Assembly: GCA_943367585.1 (NCBI GenBank)
Contig: CALRJP020000015.1
Coordinates: 17,965 to 81,964, forward strand
Direction of reading: 5' to 3'
Source of the DNA: Rhizobium sp. Q54
GTDB taxonomy: Bacteria; Cyanobacteriota; Cyanobacteriia; PCC-6307; Cyanobiaceae
Length of the DNA stretch: 64,000 nt
Part shown: positions 50,998-62,353 of the stretch, piece after piece
Numbering within the stretch: position 1 is the first letter of the stretch
How the letters are laid out: every line of letters starts with the position of its first letter
Program-made: the position numbers and the translations under genes
The notes under the pieces: model-generated
Databases searched by the model: none
The model's input: the letters and a program-made list of their open reading frames with translations, nothing else
What the model was told of the DNA's origin: nothing

Positions 50998-51840
50998 ATG
51001 CGCGCACTGTTTCTGATCCCGGGCGATGGCGCCAACCAGTTGCAGGCGCTCCCCGCCGTGGCGGCCACCGCCGAGCAGCTCAACTTCCAGATCCATGTGG
51101 CCTGCCACCCCTCACTGGCCGGCCTCTGGAAGCTGCTGCCGCCGGTGGAGAAGGTGATCCCCTTCAACTTCGGCGACGCCTCCCTGGCCGACTGGGCCAA
51201 CCTGCTCGGATGCGTGCGGGAGCCCGATTTTCAGGCCTGCATCAACCTGGCCAGCGGCCGTCAGGTGGATCTGATGCTCTCGATGAGCCACATCCCCAAC
51301 CGCATGGCCGCCGGGGGCTTCTCCGCCACCGAGACCGTGCAGGTGCCCCAGGGCCTCTGGCCCGCCCAGGCCCTGGAGGCCTACTTGCGGCCGATCGGGG
51401 TGAGCCTCGATGCCGCCGCCTTCCGCCTGAGCCTGTCCAAGGCTGCCCTCGACGAAGCGCTCGCCACGTTGCCGGCCGGCGACGGGCCGATGCTGCTGCT
51501 GGCCCCCACCGGCAGAGCGGACGACTGGCCGGCCGCGGCCTGGCAGGAGCTGCCCGGCCGCATCGCCGCCACCCTCCCCGGCCTGCGCTCCCTGCAGGTG
51601 CCGCCGGCCCCTCCGGCCCACCTGCCCGAACGGGCCGCCCTGGTGGCCGCCAGCGACGTGGTGCTGGCCAGTGATCCGGTGACCATCGAGCTGGCCCTGC
51701 TCAGCGGCACCCCGGTGGTGGCCCTGGGTCGCAGCAGCGACAGCCTTCCGACCCGCAGCGGAGTACAAGGGCTGGGTTCCCCCGGCACCCTGCGTGACCT
51801 CCCGTCCAGCGACGTGCTCCAGGCCCTCGGGCTGGGCTGA
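50998..51840 (+). CDS. glycosyltransferase family 9 (heptosyltransferase-like)
   Basis: Uses internal ATG 50998 of track ORF 50344... (the upstream part is antisense to ispD). [21 protein letters not shown] gives a GT9-like layout. Confidence 0.6.
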   Translation: MRALFLIPGDGANQLQALPAVAATAEQLNFQIHVACHPSLAGLWKLLPPVEKVIPFNFGDASLADWANLLGCVREPDFQACINLASGRQVDLMLSMSHIPNRMAAGGFSATETVQVPQGLWPAQALEAYLRPIGVSLDAAAFRLSLSKAALDEALATLPAGDGPMLLLAPTGRADDWPAAAWQELPGRIAATLPGLRSLQVPPAPPAHLPERAALVAASDVVLASDPVTIELALLSGTPVVALGRSSDSLPTRSGVQGLGSPGTLRDLPSSDVLQALGLG

Positions 51841-51849
51841 GCGGCGCCC

Positions 51850-52974
51850 ATGAGTCGCCTGTGGTTCTCCCGCAGGAAGCGTCCCCCCTCGGCCAGGTCC
51901 CGCCGGCCCTGGGTCACCCCCCTGATCGCCCTGATCGTGGTGGTCAACGGCAGCGCCCTCGGCTATCGGATCACCGAGGGCTGGGACTGGGGCGATTGCT
52001 ACTGGATGGTGGCCATCACCATCGCCACCATCGGCTACGGGGAGGTCCACCCCCTCTCCACCGCCGGACGGATCATCACCGTGTTCTCCATCGCCGGAGG
52101 GCTCGTGGTGGTCCAGCTCACCGTCCAGAACCTGGTAGGCCTCTCCGAAACCGGCTACTTCCGGCGCCTGCGGGAGCGCCGATTCCGCACCTGGGTCCAA
52201 AGCATGAACAACCACGTGATTCTCTGCGGCTACGGCCGCATCGGCAAAGAGATCGCCGATCAGCTGATCCGGGAGAAGGTCCCGCTGCTGGTGGTGGAGA
52301 TGGACGCGGGCTGCCGCGATGAGGCGGAGGAGCGGGGGCTGCCGGTGCTGTTCGCCGACGCCACCCTCGATGAGACCCTGCTGGAGGCGGGCATCCATCA
52401 GTGCCGCAGCCTGGTGGCGGCTCTGCCGAACAATGCGGCCAACCTGTACGTGGTGCTGAGCGCCCGGGGGCTGGCCCCCCGCTGCCGCCTGATCGCCCGC
52501 TCCGACAGCGCGGAGGCCGGGCGCAAGCTGCGCCTGGCCGGTGCGGACCAGGTGGTGAGCCCCTATGTGGCGGGGGGCCGGGTGATGGCCGCCACCGCCC
52601 TGCGGCCGCTGGCCGTGGACTTCATGGAACTGCTGGCCGGCTCCGACTGCGAGGTGGAGGAATTCCAGCTCAGCGATGACAGTTCCCGCCTAGGGGACCT
52701 ACTGGGCCGCAGCCTGGCGGAGATCCAGTTCGGCCGCCGCAGCGGCGCCCAGGTGCTGGCCATCCGCACCCCGGCACCGGCGGTGGTCAATCCCTACTCC
52801 TACCGGGGGACCACCTACGGCACGCCGGAAGCCACCCTGGTCACCAACCCCGGCGGCGACATCCGGCTGGAGGCCGGCCAGCTGCTGGTGGTGATGGGCA
52901 GCAAGGAACAGCTGCAGCGCTTCGCCGACGTGCTCGGTCCCGCCCTGGAGAGTTCCGACCAGATGGCCGACTGA
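51850..52974 (+). CDS. potassium channel protein with RCK (TrkA-N/TrkA-C) domains
   Basis: Selectivity filter TIATIGYGE, and a Rossmann RCK motif VILCGYGRIGKEIA. Confidence 0.88.
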   Translation: MSRLWFSRRKRPPSARSRRPWVTPLIALIVVVNGSALGYRITEGWDWGDCYWMVAITIATIGYGEVHPLSTAGRIITVFSIAGGLVVVQLTVQNLVGLSETGYFRRLRERRFRTWVQSMNNHVILCGYGRIGKEIADQLIREKVPLLVVEMDAGCRDEAEERGLPVLFADATLDETLLEAGIHQCRSLVAALPNNAANLYVVLSARGLAPRCRLIARSDSAEAGRKLRLAGADQVVSPYVAGGRVMAATALRPLAVDFMELLAGSDCEVEEFQLSDDSSRLGDLLGRSLAEIQFGRRSGAQVLAIRTPAPAVVNPYSYRGTTYGTPEATLVTNPGGDIRLEAGQLLVVMGSKEQLQRFADVLGPALESSDQMAD

Positions 52975-53784
<810 letters not shown>

Positions 53785-53791
53785 TCGCCGC

Positions 53792-54034
53792 TCAGGATTC
53801 GGGGGCCAGGGGCTGGGCGAGGTCTTCCCGCAGCTTGCGGATCCGCTGCAGCAGGCGCAGGCGCCGGCTGCGGGCCGTGAGGGTGAGGAACAGGCGGATC
53901 GGCACATAGACCAGGGCCATCACCAGGCCGAGGGCGGCGATCAGCAGAAACACCATGCCGTCGGCGCTGGTGCTGGGAACGAGGGCCGATTCGGTGGCCG
54001 CGCTGTCGAGGGTCTGCTGCAGCAGGTCTTCCAT
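53792..54034 (-). CDS. small single-pass membrane hypothetical protein (80 aa)
   Basis: Uses internal ATG 54034 of track ORF 53792..55129 (the rest is antisense to groEL). TM helix MVFLLIAALGLVMALVYVPI followed by a basic tail. Confidence 0.45.
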   Translation of the reverse strand: MEDLLQQTLDSAATESALVPSTSADGMVFLLIAALGLVMALVYVPIRLFLTLTARSRRLRLLQRIRKLREDLAQPLAPES

Positions 54035-54079
54035 GGATCGAAGGTACCTCCTGCGGCGGGGGGCCGCAGCGGTCCCTGA

Positions 54080-55831
<1,752 letters not shown>

Positions 55832-55870
55832 GGCCCCCGGGGGGTCGACACAGGCCGGTTGGGCTGGGGC

Positions 55871-56575
55871 TCAGCCGGCCATCGCCTTCACGTAGGCGGC
55901 CACCTGCAGATCCACGCCGGTGATCGCCGTGCCGACCACGACGGCGTCGGCCCCCCAGCCCAGGGCACGGGTCGCCTCCTGCCTGGTGCTGATGCCCCCT
56001 TCGCAGATCAGGGCGACCGCTTCGGGCAGGTCGCGCCGCAGGGAGCCCAGCAGGTCCCAGGCGGGCGGCGGCAGCGAGGAGGTGGCATCGGTGTAGCCAT
56101 ACAGGGTGGTGCCCACCCACTGGCAGCCCAGGGCTGCCGCCCGCAGCCCGTTCGCCACGCTGTCCACATCCGCCATCAGCGGAGCTCCCAGCTCCTGCCT
56201 GGCACGGGCGATCAGGGCCTCCAGCTCCTGGCCGTCGGGCCGGGGGCGCTCGGTGGCATCGATGGCCACCACATCGGCTCCGGCCGCCCAGACGGCGCGG
56301 ATCTCCTCCCAGCCTGGGGTGATGTACACGGGGCTGTCCGGGAAGCTTCGCTTCCAGAGGCCCACGATCAGGGCGTCGGGGCAGCGCCGTCGCACCGCGC
56401 CGATGTGCTCCGGACTCTCGAGCCGCACGCCGGCGGCCCCCTGGCGCAGGCTGGCCTCCGCCATCGCCGCGATCACGGCCGGATCGCGCAGGGGGGAACC
56501 CTCGGGGGCCTGCACCGAGACGATCAGGCGACCGCCGAGTGCGGCCCGTTGCGGCAGGGGACGGGAGGACGGCAT
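55871..56575 (-). CDS. nanE: putative N-acetylmannosamine-6-phosphate 2-epimerase
   Basis: Uses internal ATG 56575. LIVSVQA... and a C-terminal ...ADAVVVGTAITG TIM-barrel pattern typical of NanE. Confidence 0.75.
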   Translation of the reverse strand: MPSSRPLPQRAALGGRLIVSVQAPEGSPLRDPAVIAAMAEASLRQGAAGVRLESPEHIGAVRRRCPDALIVGLWKRSFPDSPVYITPGWEEIRAVWAAGADVVAIDATERPRPDGQELEALIARARQELGAPLMADVDSVANGLRAAALGCQWVGTTLYGYTDATSSLPPPAWDLLGSLRRDLPEAVALICEGGISTRQEATRALGWGADAVVVGTAITGVDLQVAAYVKAMAG

Positions 56576-56598
56576 GGGCGGCGGCAGGGTGTCGGGGA

Positions 56599-57132
56599 TC
56601 AGCTGGCGCGGCGATGCTGCGGAGCCGCGGAGAGCCAGCAGCGCAGGTCGGCCAGGGTGGAGGGCGCCGGAGCCGGTGACGCGCTCGGGGCCAGGGGGTG
56701 CAAGGCGATGACTTCCGACAGGCCAGCCGCCCCTTCCGCCTCGGCAAGGGGAACGGGGACTGGCTCCTCGGCGGTGTCCGCGACGGGCTCGGTCGCCACG
56801 GGAAGGGCCCGGATGGGAACGGGTGGGCAGGGAACGGCCGTGATGGGTGTGGGCTGGGGGGGGCCGGAAAAGGAGTCTTCCAGGGCCGCGAAGGCCTCGG
56901 CCATGGTCACGCTGGCGGGGGCCATCGCCGCGTCCATGTGCTGCAGCAGCCAGTCGCCGGCCTCCCAGCCCGCCTCGGCGACCACGCTGCCGGTGCGGAA
57001 GCTCTCCAGGGAGGTCACCCCATGGCGGTGGGCCCACTGGCCGGTGAGGCGGGAGACGGTGGCGGCATCCCTGCGGCGGATGGCGTCCAGCAGCAGGCTG
57101 GTGAGCTCTGGACGGGGGGAAGGCAGGGACAC
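56599..57132 (-). CDS. hypothetical protein, Pro/Ala-rich C-terminal half
   Basis: ORF with coding-like GC3 and no recognised motifs. Confidence 0.5.
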   Translation of the reverse strand: MSLPSPRPELTSLLLDAIRRRDAATVSRLTGQWAHRHGVTSLESFRTGSVVAEAGWEAGDWLLQHMDAAMAPASVTMAEAFAALEDSFSGPPQPTPITAVPCPPVPIRALPVATEPVADTAEEPVPVPLAEAEGAAGLSEVIALHPLAPSASPAPAPSTLADLRCWLSAAPQHRRAS

Positions 57133-57143
57133 GGGGCGGGGCG

Positions 57144-58031
57144 TCAGGTGAGCTTGCGATCCAGCATCGGGCGGATCAGCAGGAACAGACCGGCGGCCAG
57201 GCCCGCCAGGATGGCCAGGCAGGTGAGGGCCGAGAGGGACCCGTAGGGGGCCACCAGCACCACGTCGGTGAGGTGGAAGGACCCCGCGTAGGCGGCGCGG
57301 ATCGGTTCAATCGCGAAGGTAAGGGGATTCAGGGCCGCCAGCCAGCCCAGCCAGGGGGGCATGAACGAAATCGGGGCCAGGGCGGTGCTGGCGAACAGGA
57401 GCGGCAGGTTGGCCACGAAGATCACGGCGATCAGCTCGATGTGGCCCGGCAGGGCGAAGGCCAGGCCGAGGCTGAGGGCAGTGACGGCGAAGACAAGCAG
57501 CAGCAGGGTGACCAGCACCAGCAGCAACCCCGCCCCACCGGGCCAGCCATAGCCCAGCAGGGCCGCGGTGCCCATGATCGCCAGGCTCTGCACCAGGCTC
57601 AGGCTCGTGATGTAGAGGACCGAGGCGAAGACGATCGAGCTGCGGGAGCGCAGCGGCGCCACCAGCAGCCGGTTGAGGAAGCCGAACTCCCGGTCGAACA
57701 TCACCGGCAGGCCGGCGTTGAGGGCGGCACTGAAGGCCGTGAACACGATCACCCCGGCCCCCAGGAAGCGGCCATAGCTGATCCCCCCGGGCAGCAGCCC
57801 CTCCGGGGCGTTGGCGAACAGGGCCCCGAAGAGCACCAGCCAGATCAGGGGTTGCAGCACCCCCGCCACCAGGGTGGAGGGACGCCGGGCCAGCTGGACG
57901 AACAGGCGACGGGTGAGGGCGAGGGTCTCCTGGGCGATCTCAGCAAAGGCCGACGGTTCACCGCTGGCGGCGGGAAGGGGGGTCAGGGAGGGGCTGGCGC
58001 TGGTCATGGGGATGGGGGGGGTGCGGGTCAT
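57144..58031 (-). CDS. ABC-2 type transporter permease
   Basis: Six TM segments in an ABC-2 layout. A 4-nt overlap joins it to the ATPase gene. Confidence 0.85.
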   Translation of the reverse strand: MTRTPPIPMTSASPSLTPLPAASGEPSAFAEIAQETLALTRRLFVQLARRPSTLVAGVLQPLIWLVLFGALFANAPEGLLPGGISYGRFLGAGVIVFTAFSAALNAGLPVMFDREFGFLNRLLVAPLRSRSSIVFASVLYITSLSLVQSLAIMGTAALLGYGWPGGAGLLLVLVTLLLLVFAVTALSLGLAFALPGHIELIAVIFVANLPLLFASTALAPISFMPPWLGWLAALNPLTFAIEPIRAAYAGSFHLTDVVLVAPYGSLSALTCLAILAGLAAGLFLLIRPMLDRKLT

Positions 58032-59050
58032 CGCATCGACTGCTTGCGTTCCTCCTTGAGGTCGCGGCGACCGGCCACGGAGAGTTCCGCATCGCTCAGG
58101 GTGCGGCCGGTGGCCTGAAGGTAGACGTCATCCAGGCTGGGGCGGCTCTGGGCCAGGGCGAACACCGGCAGCTGGGCCTCGGCCAGCTGCTGCCGCAGGG
58201 TCTCCACCACGCCGCTGTCCTCCACCACCAGGTTGAGGGAATAGCCCTGGGCCCGGTTCACCACCACCTGGCGAACGCCGCGGCAGGCCTGGAGCAGGTC
58301 GCGCACCCGGTCCGCCTCCTGTTCGTCACTGAACTCCCGCACCCGCAGCGTCACCCGGTCGCCGCCGAGGGCGCCCTTGAGGGCGGCGGGGGTGCCTTCG
58401 GCGATCACCCGGCCGCCGTCGATGATGGCCAGGCGGTCGGCCAGGGCATCCACCTCCTCGAGGTAGTGGCTGCTGAGCAGCACCGTGGTGCCCTGGTCCC
58501 GCAGCTGCCGCAGCACCTGCCAGATGGTGGCGCGGCTCTCGATATCCAGACCCACCGTGGGTTCATCGAGCACCAGCACCCTGGGGCGGTGGAGCAGGCC
58601 GGCGGCCAGATCCAGCCGGCGGCGCATGCCGCCGGAATAGGTGCCACAGCGGCGGTCGATCCAGTCGCCCATGGCAAGCAACTCGATCAGCTCGGCGGTG
58701 CGCTGGAGGCGGTCGGCGGCCCCCATGTGGTGCAGGGCGGCCTGGAGGTGGAGCAGCTCCCGGCCGGAGAGGATCTTGTCGATGGCCACCTCCTGGGCCA
58801 CGTAGCCGAGCAGGCGGCGGACGGCACGGGGCTCGGCAAGGGCGTCCACCCCGGCCACGTGCACCTGGCCGGCATCGGGAGCCAGCAGGGTGCAGAGGAT
58901 CCGCAGGGCGGTGGTCTTGCCGGCGCCGTTGGGCCCGAGCAGACCGTAGAGGGAACCTGCCGGCACGCTCAGGGAGAGGTCGTCCAGGGCCTGCACCGGC
59001 TCGACCTTGCGGCCGCCGAAACGCTTGCTGAGGTGCTGGAGCTCGATCAA
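58028..59050 (-). CDS. ABC transporter ATP-binding protein (ABC-2/DrrA-like)
   Basis: GLLGPNGAGKTT, YSGGMRRRLDLAAGL and VLVLDEPTVGLD motifs. The start is inferred at TTG 59050 (LIELQHLSKRFGG); the track extension to 59326 is unlikely. Confidence 0.88.
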   Translation of the reverse strand: MIELQHLSKRFGGRKVEPVQALDDLSLSVPAGSLYGLLGPNGAGKTTALRILCTLLAPDAGQVHVAGVDALAEPRAVRRLLGYVAQEVAIDKILSGRELLHLQAALHHMGAADRLQRTAELIELLAMGDWIDRRCGTYSGGMRRRLDLAAGLLHRPRVLVLDEPTVGLDIESRATIWQVLRQLRDQGTTVLLSSHYLEEVDALADRLAIIDGGRVIAEGTPAALKGALGGDRVTLRVREFSDEQEADRVRDLLQACRGVRQVVVNRAQGYSLNLVVEDSGVVETLRQQLAEAQLPVFALAQSRPSLDDVYLQATGRTLSDAELSVAGRRDLKEERKQSMR

Positions 59051-59088
59051 GCCGGGATCAATCGCGAAGGGCTGGAAGCCAGGCCAAT

Positions 59089-60084
59089 CTAGGCAGCTGC
59101 CGTGGGTGCCAGATGGAGGGCGGCGCTGAGCAGGGACGCCGGGTCGCCGGCGGCGGCCAGGGGCGTGCGCGCCAGCACCAGCAGCAGGCAGATGCCGAAG
59201 AGGTAGAAGATCGACCAGCGGAACAGGCTGCGGGCCCGGCGGGGATCGCCGGGATCCTCCAGCAGGCTGCCGCTGAGCTGGAGCAGCCTGGCGTTGAAGG
59301 GAAGCACCAGCAGGCCATAGAGCCAACCGCCGCTGGGGAGGGCCACCACGCCAGCCAGGCTCATCGCCACCGTGACCCAGCTGTAGCGGCGGATCGCCCC
59401 GGCCGTGACCTCCAGACCCTTCACCACCGGCAGCATCGGGATGCCGACGGAGCGGTAGTCCTCATGCAGGAGCAGGGCCAGGGCCCAGAAGTGGGCCGGG
59501 GTCCACACCATCACCAGGCTGAACAGCCACCAGCTGCTCCAGCCGAGGTGGCCGGTGGCGGCGGCCGCCCCCACCAGGGGGGGAATGGCCCCGGCGATGC
59601 CGCCGATGACGATGTTCTGGGTGGTGCGGGGCTTGAGCAGGGCGGTGTAGAGCAGCACGTAGCTGCACAGCCCCAGCAGGGCCAGGGACGCGGCCAGGGC
59701 ATTCACCCCCAGCACCAGCACCAGCACCGAGGCCACCGTGAGGCCGACCGCCAGGGCGAAGGCCTGCCGCTGGGCCAGCCGGCCCGAGGGGAGGGCGCGG
59801 CGGCTGGTCCGCTGCATGCGGCCGTCGAGCTCCTGCTCCCAGAGACAGTTGAGGACACCGGCCGCCGCCGAAGCCATCGAGCCACCCACCAGGGTGCAGA
59901 CCAGCCGCAGCGGATCCAGCGGCCAGGCGGCGGTGAGGGCCATGCCGCCCACCGTGGTGGCGAGCAGCAGGGGAATCAGCCGAGGCTTGGCCACCTCCAG
60001 CCAGGCCGGCAGCTTCACCGAAGGTCGGATCGCTGCCGGGGCCGGGGACACGGCGATGGCCGACACGGCGCTGACACTAACCAT
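59089..60084 (-). CDS. ctaB: protoheme IX farnesyltransferase (heme O synthase)
   Basis: Uses internal ATG 60084. [16 protein letters not shown] and a UbiA-family motif region, 331 aa. Confidence 0.92.
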   Translation of the reverse strand: MVSVSAVSAIAVSPAPAAIRPSVKLPAWLEVAKPRLIPLLLATTVGGMALTAAWPLDPLRLVCTLVGGSMASAAAGVLNCLWEQELDGRMQRTSRRALPSGRLAQRQAFALAVGLTVASVLVLVLGVNALAASLALLGLCSYVLLYTALLKPRTTQNIVIGGIAGAIPPLVGAAAATGHLGWSSWWLFSLVMVWTPAHFWALALLLHEDYRSVGIPMLPVVKGLEVTAGAIRRYSWVTVAMSLAGVVALPSGGWLYGLLVLPFNARLLQLSGSLLEDPGDPRRARSLFRWSIFYLFGICLLLVLARTPLAAAGDPASLLSAALHLAPTAAA

Positions 60085-61030
60085 GGGCCACCTCAAGACG
60101 GGTTGGAACGGAAGGGGACAGCACGGACCGTCCCCACAGCCCCCCCAGCACCCCCACCAGCAGGGCGGCGGTGAGCTGGTGGGCCACGGTGACCGCGGGA
60201 ACGGCGAGCTGGAGCCGCAGGGTGACGACCCCGAGGGCCACCTGAACCGCCACCAGCCCGGCGGCGGCCAGGGCCAGACCCTGGAGCCTCCGGTGGCCGG
60301 CCGGCAGGGCCAGGGAGATGGCGGCCAGGAGCAGCACAGTGACGGCCGCCGGATAGGCCCCCTGGCGATGCCACAGCAACCAGCGGCAACCCTCGCCGGC
60401 CTGGACACAGAGATCGGCGGCCCAGCGGCTGGCCATGGCCCCACCCAGCAGGCACTGGGCGCCGACGAGCAGGGCAGCCAGACCGGGCAGGGGGGACCAC
60501 CAGCGCGGCAGCTGGACGGCAGCCTCCGGGGCGGGGAGCTCCAGGCCCTGGTGCATGGCGCTGAGCAGGAGCACCAGGCTCAGGGCGGTGGCCAGGTGCA
60601 GGGTGACGGTGGGGGCGGCCAGCTGGCTGAGCACGGTGAGGGCCCCCAGTCCCCCCTGCACCGCCACCAGGGCCAGGGCCAGACCGGCGCTCCAGGGCAG
60701 CCAGCCGGGGAAGCGGGCCCGGAACCGCAGGCTGAGGGCGAAGAGCACCAGGAGGGCGACGCCCACCAGGAAGGCGTCGAGGCGGTGGAACCACTCAAGG
60801 AACACCTGAAGGTTCCACTGGCGGCCCGGCCAGAGCACGCCGTAGCAGAGGGGCCAGTCCGGACAGGCCAGGCCCGCCTCCATCACCCGGGTCGCACCTC
60901 CGATGGCCACCAGGGCCACGAGGGCGACAACGAGGTGGGCGGTGAGCAGGGGCACCAGGCGCAGGGGCCAAGCGTCCCCGGCGGTGGACCGTGGCCGGGA
61001 CAGGGGTTGCGCGGAGGGCGCCACGGCCAT
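60077..61030 (-). CDS. ctaA: heme A synthase (COX15/CtaA)
   Basis: Uses internal ATG 61030. [20 protein letters not shown] and HR...A motifs, with 8 TM segments. Confidence 0.9.
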   Translation of the reverse strand: MAVAPSAQPLSRPRSTAGDAWPLRLVPLLTAHLVVALVALVAIGGATRVMEAGLACPDWPLCYGVLWPGRQWNLQVFLEWFHRLDAFLVGVALLVLFALSLRFRARFPGWLPWSAGLALALVAVQGGLGALTVLSQLAAPTVTLHLATALSLVLLLSAMHQGLELPAPEAAVQLPRWWSPLPGLAALLVGAQCLLGGAMASRWAADLCVQAGEGCRWLLWHRQGAYPAAVTVLLLAAISLALPAGHRRLQGLALAAAGLVAVQVALGVVTLRLQLAVPAVTVAHQLTAALLVGVLGGLWGRSVLSPSVPTRLEVAHG

Positions 61031-61066
61031 GAACAAGTGCTCTTTGGGCAACCAAGTTAGCGGGCA

Positions 61067-61151
61067 TTGAAAGATGTGCGAATCAGCACATCGTGCGAAG
61101 TAAATGTGAAATTTCTCCGAAATTGATTCTGTGGCTACAACGAACGCAAGG
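61067..61151. repeat. copy 1 of an ~85-bp AT-rich direct repeat, upstream of ctaA
   Basis: Aligns by hand without gaps to 62194-62278, with 11 mismatches in 85 positions. Confidence 0.9.
61073..61092. promoter_or_regulatory. candidate operator: GATGTGC-N6-GCACATC palindrome (contains TGTGC-N6-GCACA)
   Basis: A perfect 7-bp inverted repeat read directly, resembling CRP/FNR-family TGTGA-N6-TCACA sites. Function is inferred. Confidence 0.4.
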
Positions 61152-61236
61152 CACCGCACGCGGCCTTGCCTCACAGGATGCAGCTGGGCCAGCCAGCTCC
61201 GGGCCCCAGCGGCGGCGGTATCACCGCCGGAGCACC

Positions 61237-62010
61237 TCAGCGGATCGAAGGCTGGTGCCCTGGCCGGTGGGAATGGGTGGGCGCAACGGCCCTTGCTCTG
61301 GCCGGCCTGCTGTGGAAGCGGCCCAGGATCAGGGCAATGAGGATGGCGATGTACAGCTGGCCCGAAATGGTGATCACCACCGTGATCACCTGCCCGGTCA
61401 CGTCGCTGCTGCGGAGCACCGCCGATCCCACGCTGGTGAGGATCATGAACGAGGCGGCCATCAGCGCCGGCGCCATCGCCACGGCGTCGGCGTTGCGATC
61501 CACAAGCACCGGCAGGGCGGAGAGGTCGAAGGCGCCCGGATGCAGGACCCACAGGGCCACCAGCATCACCCCCCCGGCGATGCCGACCAGGAGATAGCCG
61601 GAGGTGGCCCCCATCACCACCGCCAGCGTCACGAAGGGCTCCCGCACCAGGGTCTTCACCTTGCGCATCAGCGCCACCAGGAAGAACAGCAGCCAGGCGA
61701 TCACGTGCGGCACCGTGACCAGCCGCCCCAGCGGTGGATCGAAGGCCAGGGCCAGATGCCAGACCACCTCCAGGACGAGCGCCAGGCCACCGAGGCCGTA
61801 CAGCAGGGGCCGTGTGCTGACCAGGGGGGAGTACCGCGTCACCGTGGTGATCAACACCACCGCCAGGCCGATCAGCAGCAGGGACAGCAGCCAGGCATGG
61901 AACTGACAGAAGGGCAGCGCCAGAATCAGCAGCACCTCGGTGGCGAGGGTGAGGATGTAGCCGCGATGGCGGTGGCGGACCCTCTGGATCTGCTCGTGGG
62001 TGAAGGGCAT
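61237..62010 (-). CDS. multi-pass membrane protein, potassium-channel-like pore region with degenerate selectivity filter
   Basis: About 6-7 TM helices. The C-terminal segment SFMILTSVGSAVLRSSDVTGQVITVVITISGQLYIAILIALILG parallels a K-channel pore helix, filter and inner helix, but has TSVGSA instead of T[VI]GYG. The start is ATG 62010 (alternative ATG 62112). Confidence 0.6.
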   Translation of the reverse strand: MPFTHEQIQRVRHRHRGYILTLATEVLLILALPFCQFHAWLLSLLLIGLAVVLITTVTRYSPLVSTRPLLYGLGGLALVLEVVWHLALAFDPPLGRLVTVPHVIAWLLFFLVALMRKVKTLVREPFVTLAVVMGATSGYLLVGIAGGVMLVALWVLHPGAFDLSALPVLVDRNADAVAMAPALMAASFMILTSVGSAVLRSSDVTGQVITVVITISGQLYIAILIALILGRFHSRPARARAVAPTHSHRPGHQPSIR

Positions 62011-62193
62011 GGCGGCTCCGCTCCGGTGCCACTCGGGTGGAAGGCACCCCGCCATCAAAGGATCCCCCGGCAACCGACCGCCACCGCAAGGCGCTGAGGG
62101 GAGCGTGGACATGGGGGCCGAAGCCGCGAGGGGGCCGCAGGGACGGCGGGTTCCCCGGGCGGGGCCCCTGAGAGGCCAGGAATTATGGAGGCC

Positions 62194-62278
62194 TTGAAAG
62201 ATGTGCAAATCAGCACATCGCGCTAACTGAAGATGAAATTTCTACGAAATTGATTCGCTGGCTACAACGAACGCACGG
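62194..62278. repeat. copy 2 of the ~85-bp AT-rich direct repeat, upstream of ctaC
   Basis: See copy 1. It ends 75 nt before the ctaC GTG. Confidence 0.9.
62200..62219. promoter_or_regulatory. candidate operator: GATGTGC-N6-GCACATC palindrome, second copy
   Basis: Same perfect inverted repeat as 61073-61092, with one spacer base different. Confidence 0.4.
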
Positions 62279-62353
62279 CCCGCGAACGGCCTTCCATAAG
62301 CTGTTGAGCTCAGGAGCTTCCCCCCTCCCGACAGCCGTCCCGCCGCCGCCGCC

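Noticed and set aside
61213-61229. GGCGGT-atc-ACCGCC hairpin just downstream of the channel-like gene stop, as a terminator.
   Set aside because: It has a short stem and no U-run on the minus strand, so there is insufficient support.
61093-62097. 334-aa plus-strand ORF between the two repeat copies.
   Set aside because: It is antisense to the hydrophobic channel-like gene. The product is His/Gly/Gln/Arg-rich with no TM helices or motifs, so the minus-strand membrane protein is the more credible reading.
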